A stretch of 64,000 nt of DNA from Bacillales bacterium UBA1427 (GCA_002329485.1 DCTZ01000005.1:26332-90331); one strand, 5' to 3'; shown: positions 26,584 through 38,557, counted from the stretch's first letter. Program-made: numbers and translations. Notes: generated by a model not told the origin, from the sequence alone.

Positions 26584-27207
26584 ATGCCTAATGTACAATT
26601 ATTAAACCAACAAGGGGCTGTGATTGGTGAACTTCAATTGAGCGAAGAAGTTTTCGGCGTTCCTGTTCACCAACAGGCGATTTTTGATGCGGTAGTTGCC
26701 GAAAGAGCAGGTATGCGTCAAGGAACGCAAAAAGCCAAAACAAGAGCAGAAGTCAGAGGCGGCGGAAGAAAACCATGGCGTCAAAAAGGTACAGGACGCG
26801 CCCGTCAGGGTACAATCCGCGCTCCGCAATGGCGTGGCGGCGGTGTCGTATTTGCACCGACTCCTAGATCGCATGCAATCAAAGTCAACAAAAAAGTTGT
26901 CCGCTTGGCAATGAAAAGCGTATTGAGCGAAAAAGTCCGCGAAAATGCCTTTATCGTATTGGATAAGATCGAACTCGATAACTTCAAAACCAAATCGTTT
27001 GTCGAAGTATTGAACAATATCAAAGCCGACGGCAAAGTCTTAGTCGTCTTAAACGACGCCAATCCTAATGTGGAATTGGCCGGAAGAAACTTGCCGAATG
27101 TAATTATCCACAACGTCAACCATATCTCGGTATACCAGGTTCTGAATGCCGATTGCATGGTTCTGACACAAGATGTAGTATCCCACTACGAGGAGGTGCT
27201 TAAATAA
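26584..27207 (+). CDS. rplD: 50S ribosomal protein L4
   Basis: [43 protein letters not shown]. Operon order. Confidence 0.97.
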   Translation: MPNVQLLNQQGAVIGELQLSEEVFGVPVHQQAIFDAVVAERAGMRQGTQKAKTRAEVRGGGRKPWRQKGTGRARQGTIRAPQWRGGGVVFAPTPRSHAIKVNKKVVRLAMKSVLSEKVRENAFIVLDKIELDNFKTKSFVEVLNNIKADGKVLVVLNDANPNVELAGRNLPNVIIHNVNHISVYQVLNADCMVLTQDVVSHYEEVLK

Positions 27208-27494
27208 TGAAATCACCGTACGATATTATTATTAAGCCGATTATCACCGAAAAAACCACCAATTTAGCTAACAACAAACTTCAATATACGTTTGCGGTCG
27301 ATCCGAGAGCTAACAAAGTGGAAATCAAAAACGCTATCGAAGAAATCTTCGAAGTCAAAGTTGTCGCAGTCAGAACTATCAATGTTCGCAGAAAACCGAA
27401 AAGAATGCAAAAATTTGAAGGGTTTAAACCAGCATACAAAAAAGCCATCGTTCGCTTAATGCCGGGTCAAACCATTTCAGTCTTTGAAGTATAA
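27207..27494 (+). CDS. rplW: 50S ribosomal protein L23
   Basis: [17 protein letters not shown]...[19 protein letters not shown]. Its start overlaps the rplD stop (TAATG). Confidence 0.96.
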   Translation: MKSPYDIIIKPIITEKTTNLANNKLQYTFAVDPRANKVEIKNAIEEIFEVKVVAVRTINVRRKPKRMQKFEGFKPAYKKAIVRLMPGQTISVFEV

Positions 27495-27509
27495 AGGAGG
27501 AAGGACATC

Positions 27510-28340
27510 ATGGCGATTAAGAAATATAAACCAACGACCAACGGTCGTCGAAACATGACAGCCTTAACATATGAAGAAATCACGACAACCAAGCCAGAAA
27601 AAAGCTTACTTGCTCCTTTAAGCAAGACTGGAGGACGTAACTCGACCGGCCGGATTACCGTCCGTCATATCGGCGGCGGCTCGAGACGGAAATACAGAAT
27701 TATCGACTTCAAACGCGACAAAGACGGCATCGCCGGAAAAGTCGCAACAATCGAATATGATCCGAACCGCAGTGCCAACATTGCTTTAATCAACTATGTT
27801 GACGGCGAAAAACGTTATATTTTGGCACCGAACGAATTACAAGTCGGAAGCACCATCATGTCGGGCGAAAATGCAGATATCCGAATCGGAAACTGCTTAC
27901 CGCTCAACAAAATTCCTGTCGGTACAATGGTTCACAATATTGAATTATATCCTGGACACGGCGGCCAATTGGTTCGTGCTGCTGGTGCAGGTGCTCAGAT
28001 TCTCGGCCGCGAAGACAAATACACTTTACTCCGTTTGACAAGCGGCGAAGTTCGCAAAATCCTCGGCAACTGCCGTGCAACAATCGGTATTGTCGGAAAT
28101 CTCGACTACTCCCTTGTCAATATCGGTAAAGCCGGTCGCACCCGTCACATGGGAATCCGCCCAACGGTCAGAGGTTCGGTTATGAACCCTAACGATCACC
28201 CTCACGGCGGTGGTGAAGGTCGTTCGCCAGTCGGACGCGATGCACCAAGAACTCCTTGGGGTAAGATTGCCCTTGGCGTTAAGACAAGAAAAACTAAGAA
28301 AAAGAGCAGCGGACTAATCGTTCGTCGTCGTAATGGATAG
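27510..28340 (+). CDS. rplB: 50S ribosomal protein L2
   Basis: [17 protein letters not shown]...RHIGGG...[15 protein letters not shown]. Confidence 0.98.
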   Translation: MAIKKYKPTTNGRRNMTALTYEEITTTKPEKSLLAPLSKTGGRNSTGRITVRHIGGGSRRKYRIIDFKRDKDGIAGKVATIEYDPNRSANIALINYVDGEKRYILAPNELQVGSTIMSGENADIRIGNCLPLNKIPVGTMVHNIELYPGHGGQLVRAAGAGAQILGREDKYTLLRLTSGEVRKILGNCRATIGIVGNLDYSLVNIGKAGRTRHMGIRPTVRGSVMNPNDHPHGGGEGRSPVGRDAPRTPWGKIALGVKTRKTKKKSSGLIVRRRNG

Positions 28341-28353
28341 GAGGAACTAATTA

Positions 28354-28632
28354 ATGGCACGTTCACTTAAAAAAGGACCTTTTTGCGATGAACATCTTCT
28401 CAAAAAAGTCATTAAATTAAACGAAAAGAATACCAAGAAAGTTATTCAGACTTGGTCAAGAAGATCTACAATCTTTCCTGAATTTGTCGGCCATACAGTT
28501 GCAGTTCATAACGGCAAAGAGCATCTTCCTGTTTACGTGACGGAAGATATGGTTGGTCATAAGTTCGGTGAATTCGCACCGACAAGGACTTACCGCGGAC
28601 ACGGTAAGGATAAGAAAGTTGCTAAGAAATAG
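28354..28632 (+). CDS. rpsS: 30S ribosomal protein S19
   Basis: [19 protein letters not shown]...[22 protein letters not shown]. Confidence 0.97.
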   Translation: MARSLKKGPFCDEHLLKKVIKLNEKNTKKVIQTWSRRSTIFPEFVGHTVAVHNGKEHLPVYVTEDMVGHKFGEFAPTRTYRGHGKDKKVAKK

Positions 28633-28641
28633 GTGATGAAC

Positions 28642-28977
28642 ATGGAAGCAAGAGCTATTGCAAAATCAGTAAGAATCTCTCCGCGCAAAGGCAGACTTGT
28701 TGCCGACCTTATCCGCGGCAAATCAGTCGGAACCGCAGTCGCCATTCTTAACAATGTCGAAAGTACCGTTAAGGAAAGCATCTTGAAAGTCGTTCAATCG
28801 GCAGTTGCCAACGCCGAAAACAATCACGATATGGATGTCGAAAAACTATATATTAAAGAAATATTTATCAATCCGGGAGCCACTTTGAAACGTTTCCGCG
28901 CGCGTGCCAAAGGCAGTGGCAATCGTATCTTGAAAAGAACCAGTCACATCACAGTTGTTGTGGCAGAAAAACTATAG
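28642..28977 (+). CDS. rplV: 50S ribosomal protein L22
   Basis: MEARAIAKSVRISPRKGRLVADLIRG... Start ATG at 28642 after AGGTGA; 28633 or 28636 are possible. Confidence 0.95.
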   Translation: MEARAIAKSVRISPRKGRLVADLIRGKSVGTAVAILNNVESTVKESILKVVQSAVANAENNHDMDVEKLYIKEIFINPGATLKRFRARAKGSGNRILKRTSHITVVVAEKL

Positions 28978-28989
28978 GAGGTAACGAAG

Positions 28990-29643
28990 ATGGGACAAAA
29001 AGTTAATCCAGTAGGAATGCGGATAGGCATCATCAGAGATTGGGACGCAACTTGGTATGCACCGAAAGCAAAAGTTGCCGATCTCTTGCTTGAAGACCTC
29101 AAAATCCGTTCTTTCATTAATTCCTTCTATAAAGCAGCATATATCTCTCGCGTGGAAATCAAAAGAACCGGTAAAAGAATAATCGTTATTATTTCAACCG
29201 CAAAACCGGGTGCCGTTATCGGAAGAGAAGGTTCCAAGAAAAACGAAGCGATTCGCGAACTCGAAAAACTTACCAAGAAAAATGTTTTCCTGACAATCGC
29301 CGAAATCAAAAACCCAGACCTTGACGCAACACTAGTCGCAAGAAAAATCGCCGAAGACTTGGAAAACCGTGCTTCGTTCCGCCGTGTTCAGAAAATGGCT
29401 ATCCAACGTGCTTTGAAAGCCGGCGCCAAAGGAATCAGAACAATCGTTTCCGGTCGTTTGGGCGGTGCGGAAATCGCGCGCAGCGAAGGTTACATCGAAG
29501 GAAGCGTTCCTCTGCATACCCTTCGCGCCAACATCGACTACGCAACAGCCGAAGCCATGACGACATACGGCAAACTCGGTGTCAAAGTTTGGATCAACAA
29601 AGGTGAAATTTTAACCGAAAAACAAAAGAAGGAGGGCCGATAG
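28990..29643 (+). CDS. rpsC: 30S ribosomal protein S3
   Basis: [19 protein letters not shown]...[12 protein letters not shown]. Confidence 0.98.
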   Translation: MGQKVNPVGMRIGIIRDWDATWYAPKAKVADLLLEDLKIRSFINSFYKAAYISRVEIKRTGKRIIVIISTAKPGAVIGREGSKKNEAIRELEKLTKKNVFLTIAEIKNPDLDATLVARKIAEDLENRASFRRVQKMAIQRALKAGAKGIRTIVSGRLGGAEIARSEGYIEGSVPLHTLRANIDYATAEAMTTYGKLGVKVWINKGEILTEKQKKEGR

Positions 29644-29645
29644 AC

Positions 29646-30062
29646 ATGTTAATGCCTAAAAGAACTAAGTATCGCCGCCCTCATCGAATTAGTTATGAGG
29701 GAAAAGCGAAAGGCGGCAAGAAAGTTAGTTTTGGTGAATATGGCCTTCAATCAACCGAGGGCGCATGGATTACCGATCGTCAAATCGAGGCTGCCCGTAT
29801 TGCCATGACACGTTATATGAAACGTGACGGTAAAGTGTGGATCAATATCTTCCCGCACTTGATCAAAACCAAGAAACCGCTTGAAGTTCGGATGGGTTCC
29901 GGTAAAGGTGCTCCTGACGGATACGTAGCGGTCGTTAAAACAGGCACGATTATGTTTGAAATCGGCGGTGTATCGGAAGAAGTCGCTCGCGAAGCGTTCA
30001 GACTAGCTTCACACAAATTGCCGGTAAAAACAAAATTTGTGACAAGAGAAAGTGGTGAATAA
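29646..30062 (+). CDS. rplP: 50S ribosomal protein L16
   Basis: [14 protein letters not shown]...[19 protein letters not shown]. Confidence 0.98.
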   Translation: MLMPKRTKYRRPHRISYEGKAKGGKKVSFGEYGLQSTEGAWITDRQIEAARIAMTRYMKRDGKVWINIFPHLIKTKKPLEVRMGSGKGAPDGYVAVVKTGTIMFEIGGVSEEVAREAFRLASHKLPVKTKFVTRESGE

Positions 30063-30064
30063 TT

Positions 30065-30376
30065 ATGCCAAAAGAAAAGAAAACCGAAGCTGTAGTTGAA
30101 ACCAAAAAGTCAACTAAGGAAAAAGCGGCTAAAGCCACGACAAAAGTTGACAAAAAAGCTCCGAAGAAGTTATCTTCTGTCCAAAAACTAAGAGAACTTG
30201 AAAATCAAGAACTTGAAATCAAAATCAAGGAATTGAAACAGGAACTCTTTAACCTTCGTTTTCAGGCTGCTGTTGGTAAATTAGAAAACACTGCTCAATT
30301 ACGTAAAGTTAAAAAGGATATTGCCCGCGCATATACCATTCTAACGGAACGCGCCAAGGCAAGCGTTCAGGGATAG
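30065..30376 (+). CDS. rpmC: 50S ribosomal protein L29 with Lys-rich N-terminal extension
   Basis: The C-terminal 65 aa (LRELENQELEIKIKELKQELFNLRFQAAVGKLENTAQLRKVKKDIAR) is canonical L29. The only in-frame start is the ATG at 30065, giving 103 aa. Confidence 0.93.
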   Translation: MPKEKKTEAVVETKKSTKEKAAKATTKVDKKAPKKLSSVQKLRELENQELEIKIKELKQELFNLRFQAAVGKLENTAQLRKVKKDIARAYTILTERAKASVQG

Positions 30377-30388
30377 GAGGCCAAGACA

Positions 30389-30649
30389 ATGGAAAGAAAC
30401 AGTCGCAAAACATATATAGGTACTGTTGTGTCGGATGTCAATGACAAAACAATCACGGTATTAGTTGAAACACATCGTAAGCACCCTATCTATGGAAAAA
30501 ACACAAAAATAAGCAAAAAATTCACTGCGCACGATGAGCAAAATCTTGCTAAGAACGGTGATATCGTTGAAATAATGGAAACTCGTCCGTTATCAAAAAC
30601 AAAACGTTATCGCTTAGTTAGGATTGTTCAAAAGGCAGTCATTGTATAA
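30389..30649 (+). CDS. rpsQ: 30S ribosomal protein S17
   Basis: [32 protein letters not shown]... Confidence 0.97.
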   Translation: MERNSRKTYIGTVVSDVNDKTITVLVETHRKHPIYGKNTKISKKFTAHDEQNLAKNGDIVEIMETRPLSKTKRYRLVRIVQKAVIV

Positions 30650-30663
30650 TCAGGAGGTGTCTT

Positions 30664-31032
30664 ATGCTTCAACAAGAAAGTAGAGTCAATGTTGCTGATA
30701 ATACCGGTGCCAAAGAACTTTTGATTATCCGAATCTTAGGCGGTTCACATCGTCGTTCTGCCAATATTGGTGACATCGTAGTCGCAACAGTCAAATCAGC
30801 CACACCCGGCGGACAAGTTAAAAAGGGTGATGTTATAAAAGCCGTCATCGTACGGACCAAAAAAGGATTACGGAGAACGGATGGTTCCTATATCAAATTT
30901 GATGATAATGCAGCAGTAATCATAAAAGAAGACAAAAACCCACGCGGTACTCGGATCTTCGGCCCTGTTGCAAGGGAATTACGTGAAAAAGATTTCATGA
31001 AAATCGTTTCTCTCGCTCCGGAAGTGTTATAG
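30664..31032 (+). CDS. rplN: 50S ribosomal protein L14
   Basis: [27 protein letters not shown]... Confidence 0.98.
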   Translation: MLQQESRVNVADNTGAKELLIIRILGGSHRRSANIGDIVVATVKSATPGGQVKKGDVIKAVIVRTKKGLRRTDGSYIKFDDNAAVIIKEDKNPRGTRIFGPVARELREKDFMKIVSLAPEVL

Positions 31033-31041
31033 GAGGTCGCT

Positions 31042-31368
31042 ATGAAGATTAAAAAAGGTGACATAGTTGTTGTAACAACAGGTAAACACAAACCATCCCG
31101 TGGAAATCAAACAACTGGCGAAGTTCTAGCGGTTTATCCGAAAACAAATCGAGTAGTAGTTAAAGGCGTCAATATCGCCGCTAAACATTCCCGCCCGTCC
31201 CAAAGTAATCCGGACGGCGGAATCATCAAAAAGGAAGCGCCTATCCACGTTTCCAATGTGGCAATTCTTGACCCGGTAACCAAGAAACCAACCAAAGTTG
31301 GTTACAAATTCGTAGATGGCAAAAAGGTTCGTTTCGCGAAAGCATCCGGAACCGTACTTGACAAGTAG
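31042..31368 (+). CDS. rplX: 50S ribosomal protein L24
   Basis: [17 protein letters not shown]...[15 protein letters not shown]. Confidence 0.96.
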   Translation: MKIKKGDIVVVTTGKHKPSRGNQTTGEVLAVYPKTNRVVVKGVNIAAKHSRPSQSNPDGGIIKKEAPIHVSNVAILDPVTKKPTKVGYKFVDGKKVRFAKASGTVLDK

Positions 31369-31382
31369 GAAGGAGATTACAG

Positions 31383-31922
31383 ATGAATCGTTTATTAACT
31401 AAATACAAAGAACAAGTTGTTCCTAAGTTAATGGAAAAGTTCGGTTATAGCACTGTAATGGAAGTTCCAAAGATTGAAAAAATCGTTGTCAACATGGGTA
31501 TCGGTGACTCCATCAGCAATTCCAAATTGCTTGATGCCGCTGTCGAAGATTTAACAACCATTACCGGTCAAAAACCAATTGTCACTAAAGCAAAGAAATC
31601 AATCGCAGTATTCAAAATCCGCGAAAACATGCCGATCGGCGCCAAAGTAACTTTGCGCGGCGAAAGAATGTTCGAGTTTTTGGATAAATTGGTAACTATT
31701 TCACTACCTCGCGTTAGGGACTTCAGAGGGGTAAATCCGAATTCCTTCGACGGCCGCGGCAATTTCTCGCTCGGTATCAAGGAACAATTGATTTTCCCGG
31801 AAATCAACTATGATAAGGTATTGAAAATTCGTGGTATGGATATTGTTATTGTCACTACCGCAAAAACAGACGAAGAAGGCCGGGCCTTGCTAAGTATGCT
31901 CGGAATGCCTTTCAGAAGGTAG
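31383..31922 (+). CDS. rplE: 50S ribosomal protein L5
   Basis: [22 protein letters not shown]...[12 protein letters not shown]...[16 protein letters not shown]. Confidence 0.98.
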   Translation: MNRLLTKYKEQVVPKLMEKFGYSTVMEVPKIEKIVVNMGIGDSISNSKLLDAAVEDLTTITGQKPIVTKAKKSIAVFKIRENMPIGAKVTLRGERMFEFLDKLVTISLPRVRDFRGVNPNSFDGRGNFSLGIKEQLIFPEINYDKVLKIRGMDIVIVTTAKTDEEGRALLSMLGMPFRR

Positions 31923-31937
31923 TGGAGGTAGAAAATT

Positions 31938-32123
31938 ATGGCAAAAACTTCATTAAAAGTTAAAAGCAAACGTACACCAAAATTTAGCGTAAGACAATAC
32001 ACTCGTTGCGAACGTTGTGGCCGTCCTCATGCAGTTTATCGCAAATTCAAAGTCTGCCGGCTTTGCTTCCGCGAACTTGCATACAAAGGATTAATCCCTG
32101 GCGTTAAAAAATCGAGTTGGTAG
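31938..32123 (+). CDS. rpsN: 30S ribosomal protein S14, short zinc-binding (type Z) form
   Basis: 61 aa. [25 protein letters not shown] (CxxC...CxxC). Confidence 0.96.
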   Translation: MAKTSLKVKSKRTPKFSVRQYTRCERCGRPHAVYRKFKVCRLCFRELAYKGLIPGVKKSSW

Positions 32124-32140
32124 AAAGGGAGGTCTATACA

Positions 32141-32536
32141 ATGGTAATGACTGATCCAATTGCTGATATGCTTACAAGGATTCGCAATGCGAGTCAGATG
32201 AAACACTCCAAGGTCACAGTACCTGCTTCCAACCTCAAAATGGAAGTGCTTCGGGTGTTGAAAGAAGAAGGATATATTAGCGATTATGAAAAAGTAGAAG
32301 ACGGCAAACAAGGGTTGATCAACATCACTCTTCGTTATGTCGACAAAATGCGTGCCATCACTGGTATCAAAAGAATTTCCAAACCGGGACTAAGAGTATA
32401 TGCCAAAAGCGACGAATTGCCAAAAGTATTGAACGGCTTAGGAATCGCAATCGTTTCGACTTCAAGCGGATTGATGACCGACAAAGAAGCCCGTCAGAAG
32501 AAACTCGGCGGCGAAATCATCGCTTTCGTCTGGTAA
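32141..32536 (+). CDS. rpsH: 30S ribosomal protein S8
   Basis: [17 protein letters not shown]... GGGAGG lies upstream of the ATG at 32141. The track extension is rejected. Confidence 0.97.
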   Translation: MVMTDPIADMLTRIRNASQMKHSKVTVPASNLKMEVLRVLKEEGYISDYEKVEDGKQGLINITLRYVDKMRAITGIKRISKPGLRVYAKSDELPKVLNGLGIAIVSTSSGLMTDKEARQKKLGGEIIAFVW

Positions 32537-32549
32537 GAGGTGCACATAT

Positions 32550-33086
32550 ATGTCAAGAATAGGCAATAAAGAAATCCTCATTCCGGCGGGAGTTACCATC
32601 ATACAAAACGGTCAAACCCTTGAAGTAACCGGTCCTAAAGGAAAAATGGAATATACTTTTGATGAAAATGTTGCAATCAACATTCACGATAACAAAATAA
32701 AGATCACACGTCACGGTGATGAAAAATATCAACGCGCAATCCACGGAACCAGTAGAGCCCTCCTTCACAATATGATTACAGGTGTTACTACCGGTTTCAG
32801 CAAAAGCCTTGAAATTCAGGGAACAGGTTTCAGAGCTCAGTTACAAGGCAACGCCCTTGTGTTAAACCTCGGTTTCTCCCATCAGGTTGTGATGGAAATA
32901 CCGAAAGGACTCAAAGTCGAAGTTCCAAACCCTACCGAAATAACTGTTTCAGGATACGATAAACAAGCTGTGGGCCAGTTTGCGGCTGAAATTCGCAAGA
33001 ACAGAAAACCTGAACCTTACAAAGGCAAAGGCGTTCGTTACAAAGGCGAATACGTACGTCGCAAAGAAGGCAAGAAGGCTAAGTAG
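32550..33086 (+). CDS. rplF: 50S ribosomal protein L6
   Basis: [17 protein letters not shown]...[14 protein letters not shown]. Confidence 0.97.
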   Translation: MSRIGNKEILIPAGVTIIQNGQTLEVTGPKGKMEYTFDENVAINIHDNKIKITRHGDEKYQRAIHGTSRALLHNMITGVTTGFSKSLEIQGTGFRAQLQGNALVLNLGFSHQVVMEIPKGLKVEVPNPTEITVSGYDKQAVGQFAAEIRKNRKPEPYKGKGVRYKGEYVRRKEGKKAK

Positions 33087-33106
33087 AAAGGAGACTAAAA
33101 GACGAT

Positions 33107-33469
33107 ATGATTATTAAAGAATCAAGAGCAAAAGCACGCGAAGTCCGTCATCAAAGACTCCGTCAGACATTAAGCGGAACCAGTGAACGTCCTAGACTTG
33201 CGGTATTCAGATCGAACAAAAACATCGCTGCTCAAATCATCGATGACGAAAAATCGATTACTTTAGTTTCTGCATCTACAATCGAACACGGCAATCGCAT
33301 CGAACCAGGATCAAATATCGAAGCAGCACAACAGGTTGGTACAAGAATCGCTCAGAGAGCTCTCGAAAAAGGTATCACCGAAGTTGTATTTGACCGTGCG
33401 GGCAACCAATACCACGGCAGAGTTAAGGCACTTGCAGATGCAGCACGCGATGCTGGTCTCAAGTTTTAG
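33107..33469 (+). CDS. rplR: 50S ribosomal protein L18
   Basis: [33 protein letters not shown]...[20 protein letters not shown]. Confidence 0.97.
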   Translation: MIIKESRAKAREVRHQRLRQTLSGTSERPRLAVFRSNKNIAAQIIDDEKSITLVSASTIEHGNRIEPGSNIEAAQQVGTRIAQRALEKGITEVVFDRAGNQYHGRVKALADAARDAGLKF

Positions 33470-33480
33470 GAGGATACGTC

Positions 33481-33987
33481 ATGCGTGATAAGAATAAAGT
33501 AACCGAAGAAAAAGTACTTGAAGAACGCGTTGTCACAATAAACCGCGTAACGAAAGTTGTTAAAGGCGGAAGACGTTTCCGTTTCTCGGCACTCGTAGTT
33601 GTCGGCGATTACAAAGGAAATGTCGGTTTCGGCAGCGGAAAAGCGCAAGAAGTTCCTGAAGCCATCAAGAAAGCCATCGAAGACGCTAAGAAAAACATGA
33701 TTTCCGTTCCGATCATCGGAACCACAATCCCACACGAAATCACCGGCGAATTCGGCGCAGGCAAAGTGTTCTTAAGACCTGCCCCAGCCGGTACCGGAGT
33801 TGTTGCCGGTGGCGTGGTCAGAAGCGTTGTCGAACTTGCGGGCATCCAAGATATTACAACCAAATCTTTAGGTTCGAGTACACCAATCAATATTGTCAGA
33901 GCAACTTTCGCAGCACTGAAAGCACTAAGAACGGTTGAACAAGTAGCTCGTTTGCGTGGTAAGACACCTGAAGAGATTGTGAGGTAG
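33481..33987 (+). CDS. rpsE: 30S ribosomal protein S5
   Basis: [29 protein letters not shown]...GTGVVAGG. Confidence 0.98.
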   Translation: MRDKNKVTEEKVLEERVVTINRVTKVVKGGRRFRFSALVVVGDYKGNVGFGSGKAQEVPEAIKKAIEDAKKNMISVPIIGTTIPHEITGEFGAGKVFLRPAPAGTGVVAGGVVRSVVELAGIQDITTKSLGSSTPINIVRATFAALKALRTVEQVARLRGKTPEEIVR

Positions 33988-33993
33988 CATACT

Positions 33994-34176
33994 ATGGAAA
34001 AGACATTGACAATCAAATTAGTTAAAAGCCCTATTGCAACACCCAAGAATCAAAAAGACACCCTGAAAGCATTAGGCCTAACTAAGATTAACAAAACCGT
34101 TGTAAAAGCAGACAATCCGCAAATCCGCGGAATGATCAAAACAGTAGCACACTTAGTAAGTGTCGAAGAAGCTTAG
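33994..34176 (+). CDS. rpmD: 50S ribosomal protein L30
   Basis: [29 protein letters not shown]... Confidence 0.95.
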   Translation: MEKTLTIKLVKSPIATPKNQKDTLKALGLTKINKTVVKADNPQIRGMIKTVAHLVSVEEA

Positions 34177-34188
34177 GAGGTGCGAACG

Positions 34189-34629
34189 ATGAAATTACAT
34201 GAATTAAAATCGGTTACGGGAGCCAGACATTACAAAAAACGTGTCGGACGCGGAACAGGTAGCGGTATGGGTAAAACGGCAACCCGCGGCCATAAAGGAC
34301 AAAACGCCCGTGCTGGCGGCGGCGTTCGCTTGGGATTCGAAGGCGGTCAGACACCGTTGTTCAAACGCCTTCCGAAAAGAGGATTCACCAATTTAACCCG
34401 TAAAGAATATGCTATCGTTAATGTTGAAGACCTCAATGTGTTTGCGCCAGGAACAGTCGTAGATGCAGAAGCACTAAGAAAAGTTGGATTAATCAATAAA
34501 GAATACGAAGGAGTGAAAATATTAGGCAACGGTGACTTAAATGTCGCTTTGACAATCAAAGCGAAGAAGTTCTCCAAATCCGCAATCGAAAAAATCAGCA
34601 ACGCTGGTGGAACTTACGAGGTGGCCTAA
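34189..34629 (+). CDS. rplO: 50S ribosomal protein L15
   Basis: [38 protein letters not shown]... The ATG at 34189 follows AGGAGG. Confidence 0.97.
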   Translation: MKLHELKSVTGARHYKKRVGRGTGSGMGKTATRGHKGQNARAGGGVRLGFEGGQTPLFKRLPKRGFTNLTRKEYAIVNVEDLNVFAPGTVVDAEALRKVGLINKEYEGVKILGNGDLNVALTIKAKKFSKSAIEKISNAGGTYEVA

Positions 34630-34631
34630 TA

Positions 34632-35930
34632 ATGAAAAAGTTTTTTAGCAAAAATAAGAAGTTGATTCTGAGTGCATTGTTTACGCTCGGTGCGCTGCTT
34701 GTATGGCGGATCGGCGTATATATCAAAATCCCGTTTGTCAGCGTAAATGACCAATTGGCCAAAGAAGAAAGCTTGTTCGGCTTCTTGGATATCTTCACCG
34801 GAGGCGCCTTGTCGCAATTCTCGATTGTGGCCCTCGGTGTCAGCCCGTACATCACGGCTTCCATCGTTGTCCAATTGTTGCAAATGGACATTGTTCCGCA
34901 GTTTGCGGAATGGGCGGAAGAAGGCGAAAGCGGAAAAGCAAAACTGAACCAATGGACACGTTATATTGCTTTGTTCCTCGCTTTTGTTCAGGCTTTGACC
35001 ATTATCATCACATATATCAGAAATTACGGAAGTTACTTTTTGGAAACATTCGATCCGAATCCGTTCATTTATGTATACATGGCATTGGTAATGACAGCCG
35101 GTACTGCATTCGTGCTTTGGTTGTCTGACCAAATCACCATGAAAGGTATCGGAAACGGGGCATCGATGATGATTGTCGCCGGTATTATTGCGGGTCTTCC
35201 TGCAATGTTCAAATCCCTGATCACTCAGTTCCTGACAACGACGGATAGCCATACTCCGGTAACAAAAGATTACATTATTTTTGCTGTAATAATTCTCGTG
35301 TTGTTGCTTGTTTTGGTCGGTGTTGTATTCCTGGAAGGTTTGCAACGCAAAATTCCGATTCAATACTCGAACCGTCCGGCCGCAGCGCAAGTCCGCGGTA
35401 AACAAGATTCCAACATTCCGATCAAACTCAATTCCGCATCCGTTATTCCGGTAATTTTTGCGGCTACATTGCTCAGTTTGCCGCTGACAATCATCAACTT
35501 CATCAAACGTCAGGGCTCAACCATTTCGGAATGGTGGGAAATAGTATTCAGCTATCGCAGACCGATCGGTTTTGCAATTTATATTATTTTGATTTTCTTG
35601 TTTACTTTCTTTTATTCCTTCTTACAAATTAATCCAGATAAGATGAGCGAAAACCTAAAGAAACAGAATGCCTATATTCCAGGTGTCAAACCGGGAGAAG
35701 ATACGGCTGCTTATATTTCGAAAGTATTGTTCAAGATAACCGTTTTGGGTGCTACGTATCTTGCGGTTCTTGCATCCTTGCCGATTATTTTGGGTAATAT
35801 CTTCGGTTTGGACGAATCGGTTCAAATCGGAGGAACCAGTATCATGATTGTTGTCGGTGTCGCAATCGAAACCGCCAAACAAATCAAAACGCAAGCCCAA
35901 TCCCAGGAATATCGGGGATTCTTAAGATAG
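34632..35930 (+). CDS. secY: Preprotein translocase subunit SecY
   Basis: 432 aa, 10 TM. FSIVALGVSPYITASIVVQLL...GNGASMMI... Operon position. Confidence 0.97.
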   Translation: MKKFFSKNKKLILSALFTLGALLVWRIGVYIKIPFVSVNDQLAKEESLFGFLDIFTGGALSQFSIVALGVSPYITASIVVQLLQMDIVPQFAEWAEEGESGKAKLNQWTRYIALFLAFVQALTIIITYIRNYGSYFLETFDPNPFIYVYMALVMTAGTAFVLWLSDQITMKGIGNGASMMIVAGIIAGLPAMFKSLITQFLTTTDSHTPVTKDYIIFAVIILVLLLVLVGVVFLEGLQRKIPIQYSNRPAAAQVRGKQDSNIPIKLNSASVIPVIFAATLLSLPLTIINFIKRQGSTISEWWEIVFSYRRPIGFAIYIILIFLFTFFYSFLQINPDKMSENLKKQNAYIPGVKPGEDTAAYISKVLFKITVLGATYLAVLASLPIILGNIFGLDESVQIGGTSIMIVVGVAIETAKQIKTQAQSQEYRGFLR

Positions 35931-35938
35931 GAGTTACC

Positions 35939-36586
35939 ATGCGCTTACTAATCATGGGAGCTCCCGGAACCGGAAAGGGGACATATGCCGAAGGAATCGA
36001 AAAACACTTTGGCATTCCCCACATTTCCACGGGTGAAATTTTCCGCGAGGCTATCAGTCAGAAAACGCCCTTAGGGGTTCTCGCACAAAGTTATATCGAC
36101 GACGGACATTTGGTACCGGACGATGTGACGGTTCAAATCGTCAAAGAACGGATTCAACAGCCGGACTGCCAAAACGGTTTCGTTTTGGACGGATTTCCGA
36201 GAACATTGAATCAGGCCGAAATTTTTACCCAGATTTTAAACGAATTGAACATTCAATTGGATTTAGTGATTAATTTACTCGCCGATGAAGAGTTGATCAT
36301 TCGGCGCATTACCAATCGTCGCTTATGCTCGAAATGCGGAAAAGGATACAATCTGATAACGATTCCGCCTAAGAAACCGGGAATCTGCGATGATTGCGGC
36401 GGAGCTTTGTATCAGAGAAAAGACGATTCCGAAGAAGTAATCCGGGAACGTCTCGAAGTTTATCAAAAACAGACAAAACCTTTGATCGACTATTACGAAG
36501 CTCAAGGAAATATAATACACATGAATGGCGCAGGCGAAATCGACGAAGTCACAAATGTAATAATTGCTATGTTGGAGGCAAGATGA
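35939..36586 (+). CDS. adk: Adenylate kinase (zinc-lid type)
   Basis: [15 protein letters not shown]...[10 protein letters not shown]... The lid has CSKCGKGY...CDDCGG. Confidence 0.97.
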   Translation: MRLLIMGAPGTGKGTYAEGIEKHFGIPHISTGEIFREAISQKTPLGVLAQSYIDDGHLVPDDVTVQIVKERIQQPDCQNGFVLDGFPRTLNQAEIFTQILNELNIQLDLVINLLADEELIIRRITNRRLCSKCGKGYNLITIPPKKPGICDDCGGALYQRKDDSEEVIRERLEVYQKQTKPLIDYYEAQGNIIHMNGAGEIDEVTNVIIAMLEAR

Positions 36587-37347
36587 TTACAATTAAAAGT
36601 GAACGCGAAATAGCATTAATGCGCGAAGCGGGAAATATCGTCGCTTTGGCATTAAGTGAAGTTGGAAAAGCGATTAGACCAGGGATATCCACCAAAGAGT
36701 TGGACAAGATTGCATACGACGTGATAACCAAACACGGAGCAACCCCGTCTTTCCTCAACTACAATGGTTTCCCTGGATCCATATGCGCCTCTATTAATGA
36801 AGTTGTGATTCATGGCATTCCAAGAAGCCACACAATTTTAAGAGATGGTGATATTATTTCTATCGATGTCGGTGCCAAATACAAAGGCTACCACGGAGAT
36901 AGCGCAAAAACATTTTTGGTCGGAAACGTTACCGAAGCCAAACGCCGTTTGGTCGAAGTAACCGAAGCCGCATTATTCGAAGGATTAAAACAGGCCCGTC
37001 CGAATAATCATTTATCAGACATTTCACATGCAATCCAAACATATGTTGAAAGTGCCGGCTATTCGGTAGTAAAACTCTTTACTGGTCACGGTATTGGCCG
37101 CGCTTTGCATGAAGATCCTGCTGTTCCAAACTACGGCATTCCCGGCAGAGGACCAATCCTGAAAGTCGGAATGACTTTGGCCATCGAACCGATGGTAAAT
37201 ATGGGAGCATCAGATGTGGAAATTCTACACGATAACTGGACAACCGTAACGGTTGACCGTAAAGATAGCGCTCATTTCGAGCATACCATAGTTATTACCG
37301 AGAATGGTTACGAAATTCTGACAAAAATCAAAGGAGAAGAAATGTAG
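36583..37347 (+). CDS. map: Methionine aminopeptidase type I
   Basis: [21 protein letters not shown]...HGIP...DVGA...HGIGR...EPM...EHT. The ATG at 36583 overlaps the adk stop (ATGA) and follows GGAGG. The track ORF extension from 36394 is rejected. Confidence 0.95.
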   Translation: MITIKSEREIALMREAGNIVALALSEVGKAIRPGISTKELDKIAYDVITKHGATPSFLNYNGFPGSICASINEVVIHGIPRSHTILRDGDIISIDVGAKYKGYHGDSAKTFLVGNVTEAKRRLVEVTEAALFEGLKQARPNNHLSDISHAIQTYVESAGYSVVKLFTGHGIGRALHEDPAVPNYGIPGRGPILKVGMTLAIEPMVNMGASDVEILHDNWTTVTVDRKDSAHFEHTIVITENGYEILTKIKGEEM

Positions 37348-37566
37348 ATGTCAAAAGATGATGTTTTTGAAGTTGAAGGAACAGTTGAAGAAGTGTTGCC
37401 CAATACTTTCTTTAAAGTAAAGTTAGTTAACGGCCACCTCATTACTGCCCACGTTTCTGGTAAAATTCGTATGAACACAATTCGCATTTTACCAGGTGAT
37501 CGAGTAACTGTTGAAATATCACCATATGATGTAACACGTGGACGCATTACTTATAGACATAAGTAA
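37348..37566 (+). CDS. infA: Translation initiation factor IF-1
   Basis: [61 protein letters not shown]. Confidence 0.97.
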   Translation: MSKDDVFEVEGTVEEVLPNTFFKVKLVNGHLITAHVSGKIRMNTIRILPGDRVTVEISPYDVTRGRITYRHK

Positions 37567-37615
37567 TTATTCATCCAACAAAGTATTTGTTCTAAAATAA
37601 TTTAGGAGGTTCAAA

Positions 37616-37732
37616 ATGAAGGTTAGACCATCGGTTAAACCTATATGCGATAAATGCAAAGTTATCAAAAGAAAAGGCCGTGTAATGGTAATCTGTTCAG
37701 CTTACCCAAAACACAAGCAAAGACAAGGATAA
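37616..37732 (+). CDS. rpmJ: 50S ribosomal protein L36 (below the ORF-track size cutoff)
   Basis: Hand translation gives [38 protein letters not shown] (38 aa). AGGAGG lies 6-7 nt upstream. Canonical position between infA and rpsM. Confidence 0.93.
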   Translation: MKVRPSVKPICDKCKVIKRKGRVMVICSAYPKHKQRQG

Positions 37733-37747
37733 TAGGAGGCACATTAG

Positions 37748-38113
37748 ATGGCACGTATAGCTGGTGTTGATATCCCGAACGACAAACGCGTCGTGATATC
37801 ACTAACATATATCTTCGGTATCGGCAAGCCAACGGCTGAAAAGATCTTGGCAAAATGCAATATCGACGAAAACAAAAGAGTAAAAAATTTGACTGAAGAA
37901 GAATTAACATTAATTCGACAAGAAATAGCGAATTATCATGTCGAAGGAGACTTGCGCCGTGAAATTGCGATGAATATCAAGCGCCTGATGGAAATCGGCT
38001 GCTATCGCGGTTTGCGTCATCGGAAAGGGCTGCCTGTTCGCGGACAAAGAACAAGAACTAATGCTCGTACCCGTAAAGGTCCTGTCAAGACTGTCGCTAA
38101 TAAGAAGAAGTAG
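37748..38113 (+). CDS. rpsM: 30S ribosomal protein S13
   Basis: [26 protein letters not shown]... Confidence 0.98.
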   Translation: MARIAGVDIPNDKRVVISLTYIFGIGKPTAEKILAKCNIDENKRVKNLTEEELTLIRQEIANYHVEGDLRREIAMNIKRLMEIGCYRGLRHRKGLPVRGQRTRTNARTRKGPVKTVANKKK

Positions 38114-38122
38114 GAGGACATT

Positions 38123-38509
38123 ATGGCTCGTAAAGTAGTACGTAAACGTCGTGTAAAAAAGAATATACCTATGGGTGTTGCGCATATCCATTCTACTTTC
38201 AACAACACTATCGTCACAATAACTGACCCGGTCGGCAACGTGGTTGCCTGGAGCAGTGCCGGTGTCGTCGGTTTCAAAGGCAGCAAGAAGTCGACTCCGT
38301 TTGCCGCACAAATGGCATCCGAAGCCTGCGCCAAAGCCGCCATCGAAAACGGAATGCGTAAAGTAGAAGTTACCGTCAAAGGCCCAGGCCCGGGACGGGA
38401 AGCCGCCATCCGTTCGCTACAAGTTGCAGGACTTGAAATCGCTTCGATTCAAGATGTTACTCCTGTACCTCATAATGGTTGTCGTCCTCCAAAAAGACCT
38501 CGTGGATAA
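38123..38509 (+). CDS. rpsK: 30S ribosomal protein S11
   Basis: [28 protein letters not shown]...[12 protein letters not shown]. Confidence 0.98.
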   Translation: MARKVVRKRRVKKNIPMGVAHIHSTFNNTIVTITDPVGNVVAWSSAGVVGFKGSKKSTPFAAQMASEACAKAAIENGMRKVEVTVKGPGPGREAAIRSLQVAGLEIASIQDVTPVPHNGCRPPKRPRG

Positions 38510-38557
38510 TGGCATTATCAACGACTGACCATTGAAAAATCAATAAGGAGGAAAAAG

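Noticed and set aside
36394-36582. The 63-codon 5' extension of the map ORF overlapping adk. Similar 5' extensions occur on the track ORFs for rpsJ (25522), rpsH (32117), fhs (13725), nifJ (56135), amidase 1 (45087) and the HIT gene.
   Set aside because: In each case a conserved protein N-terminus begins at an internal ATG or GTG preceded by a good Shine-Dalgarno sequence. The extension overlaps the upstream gene, a promoter or a terminator.
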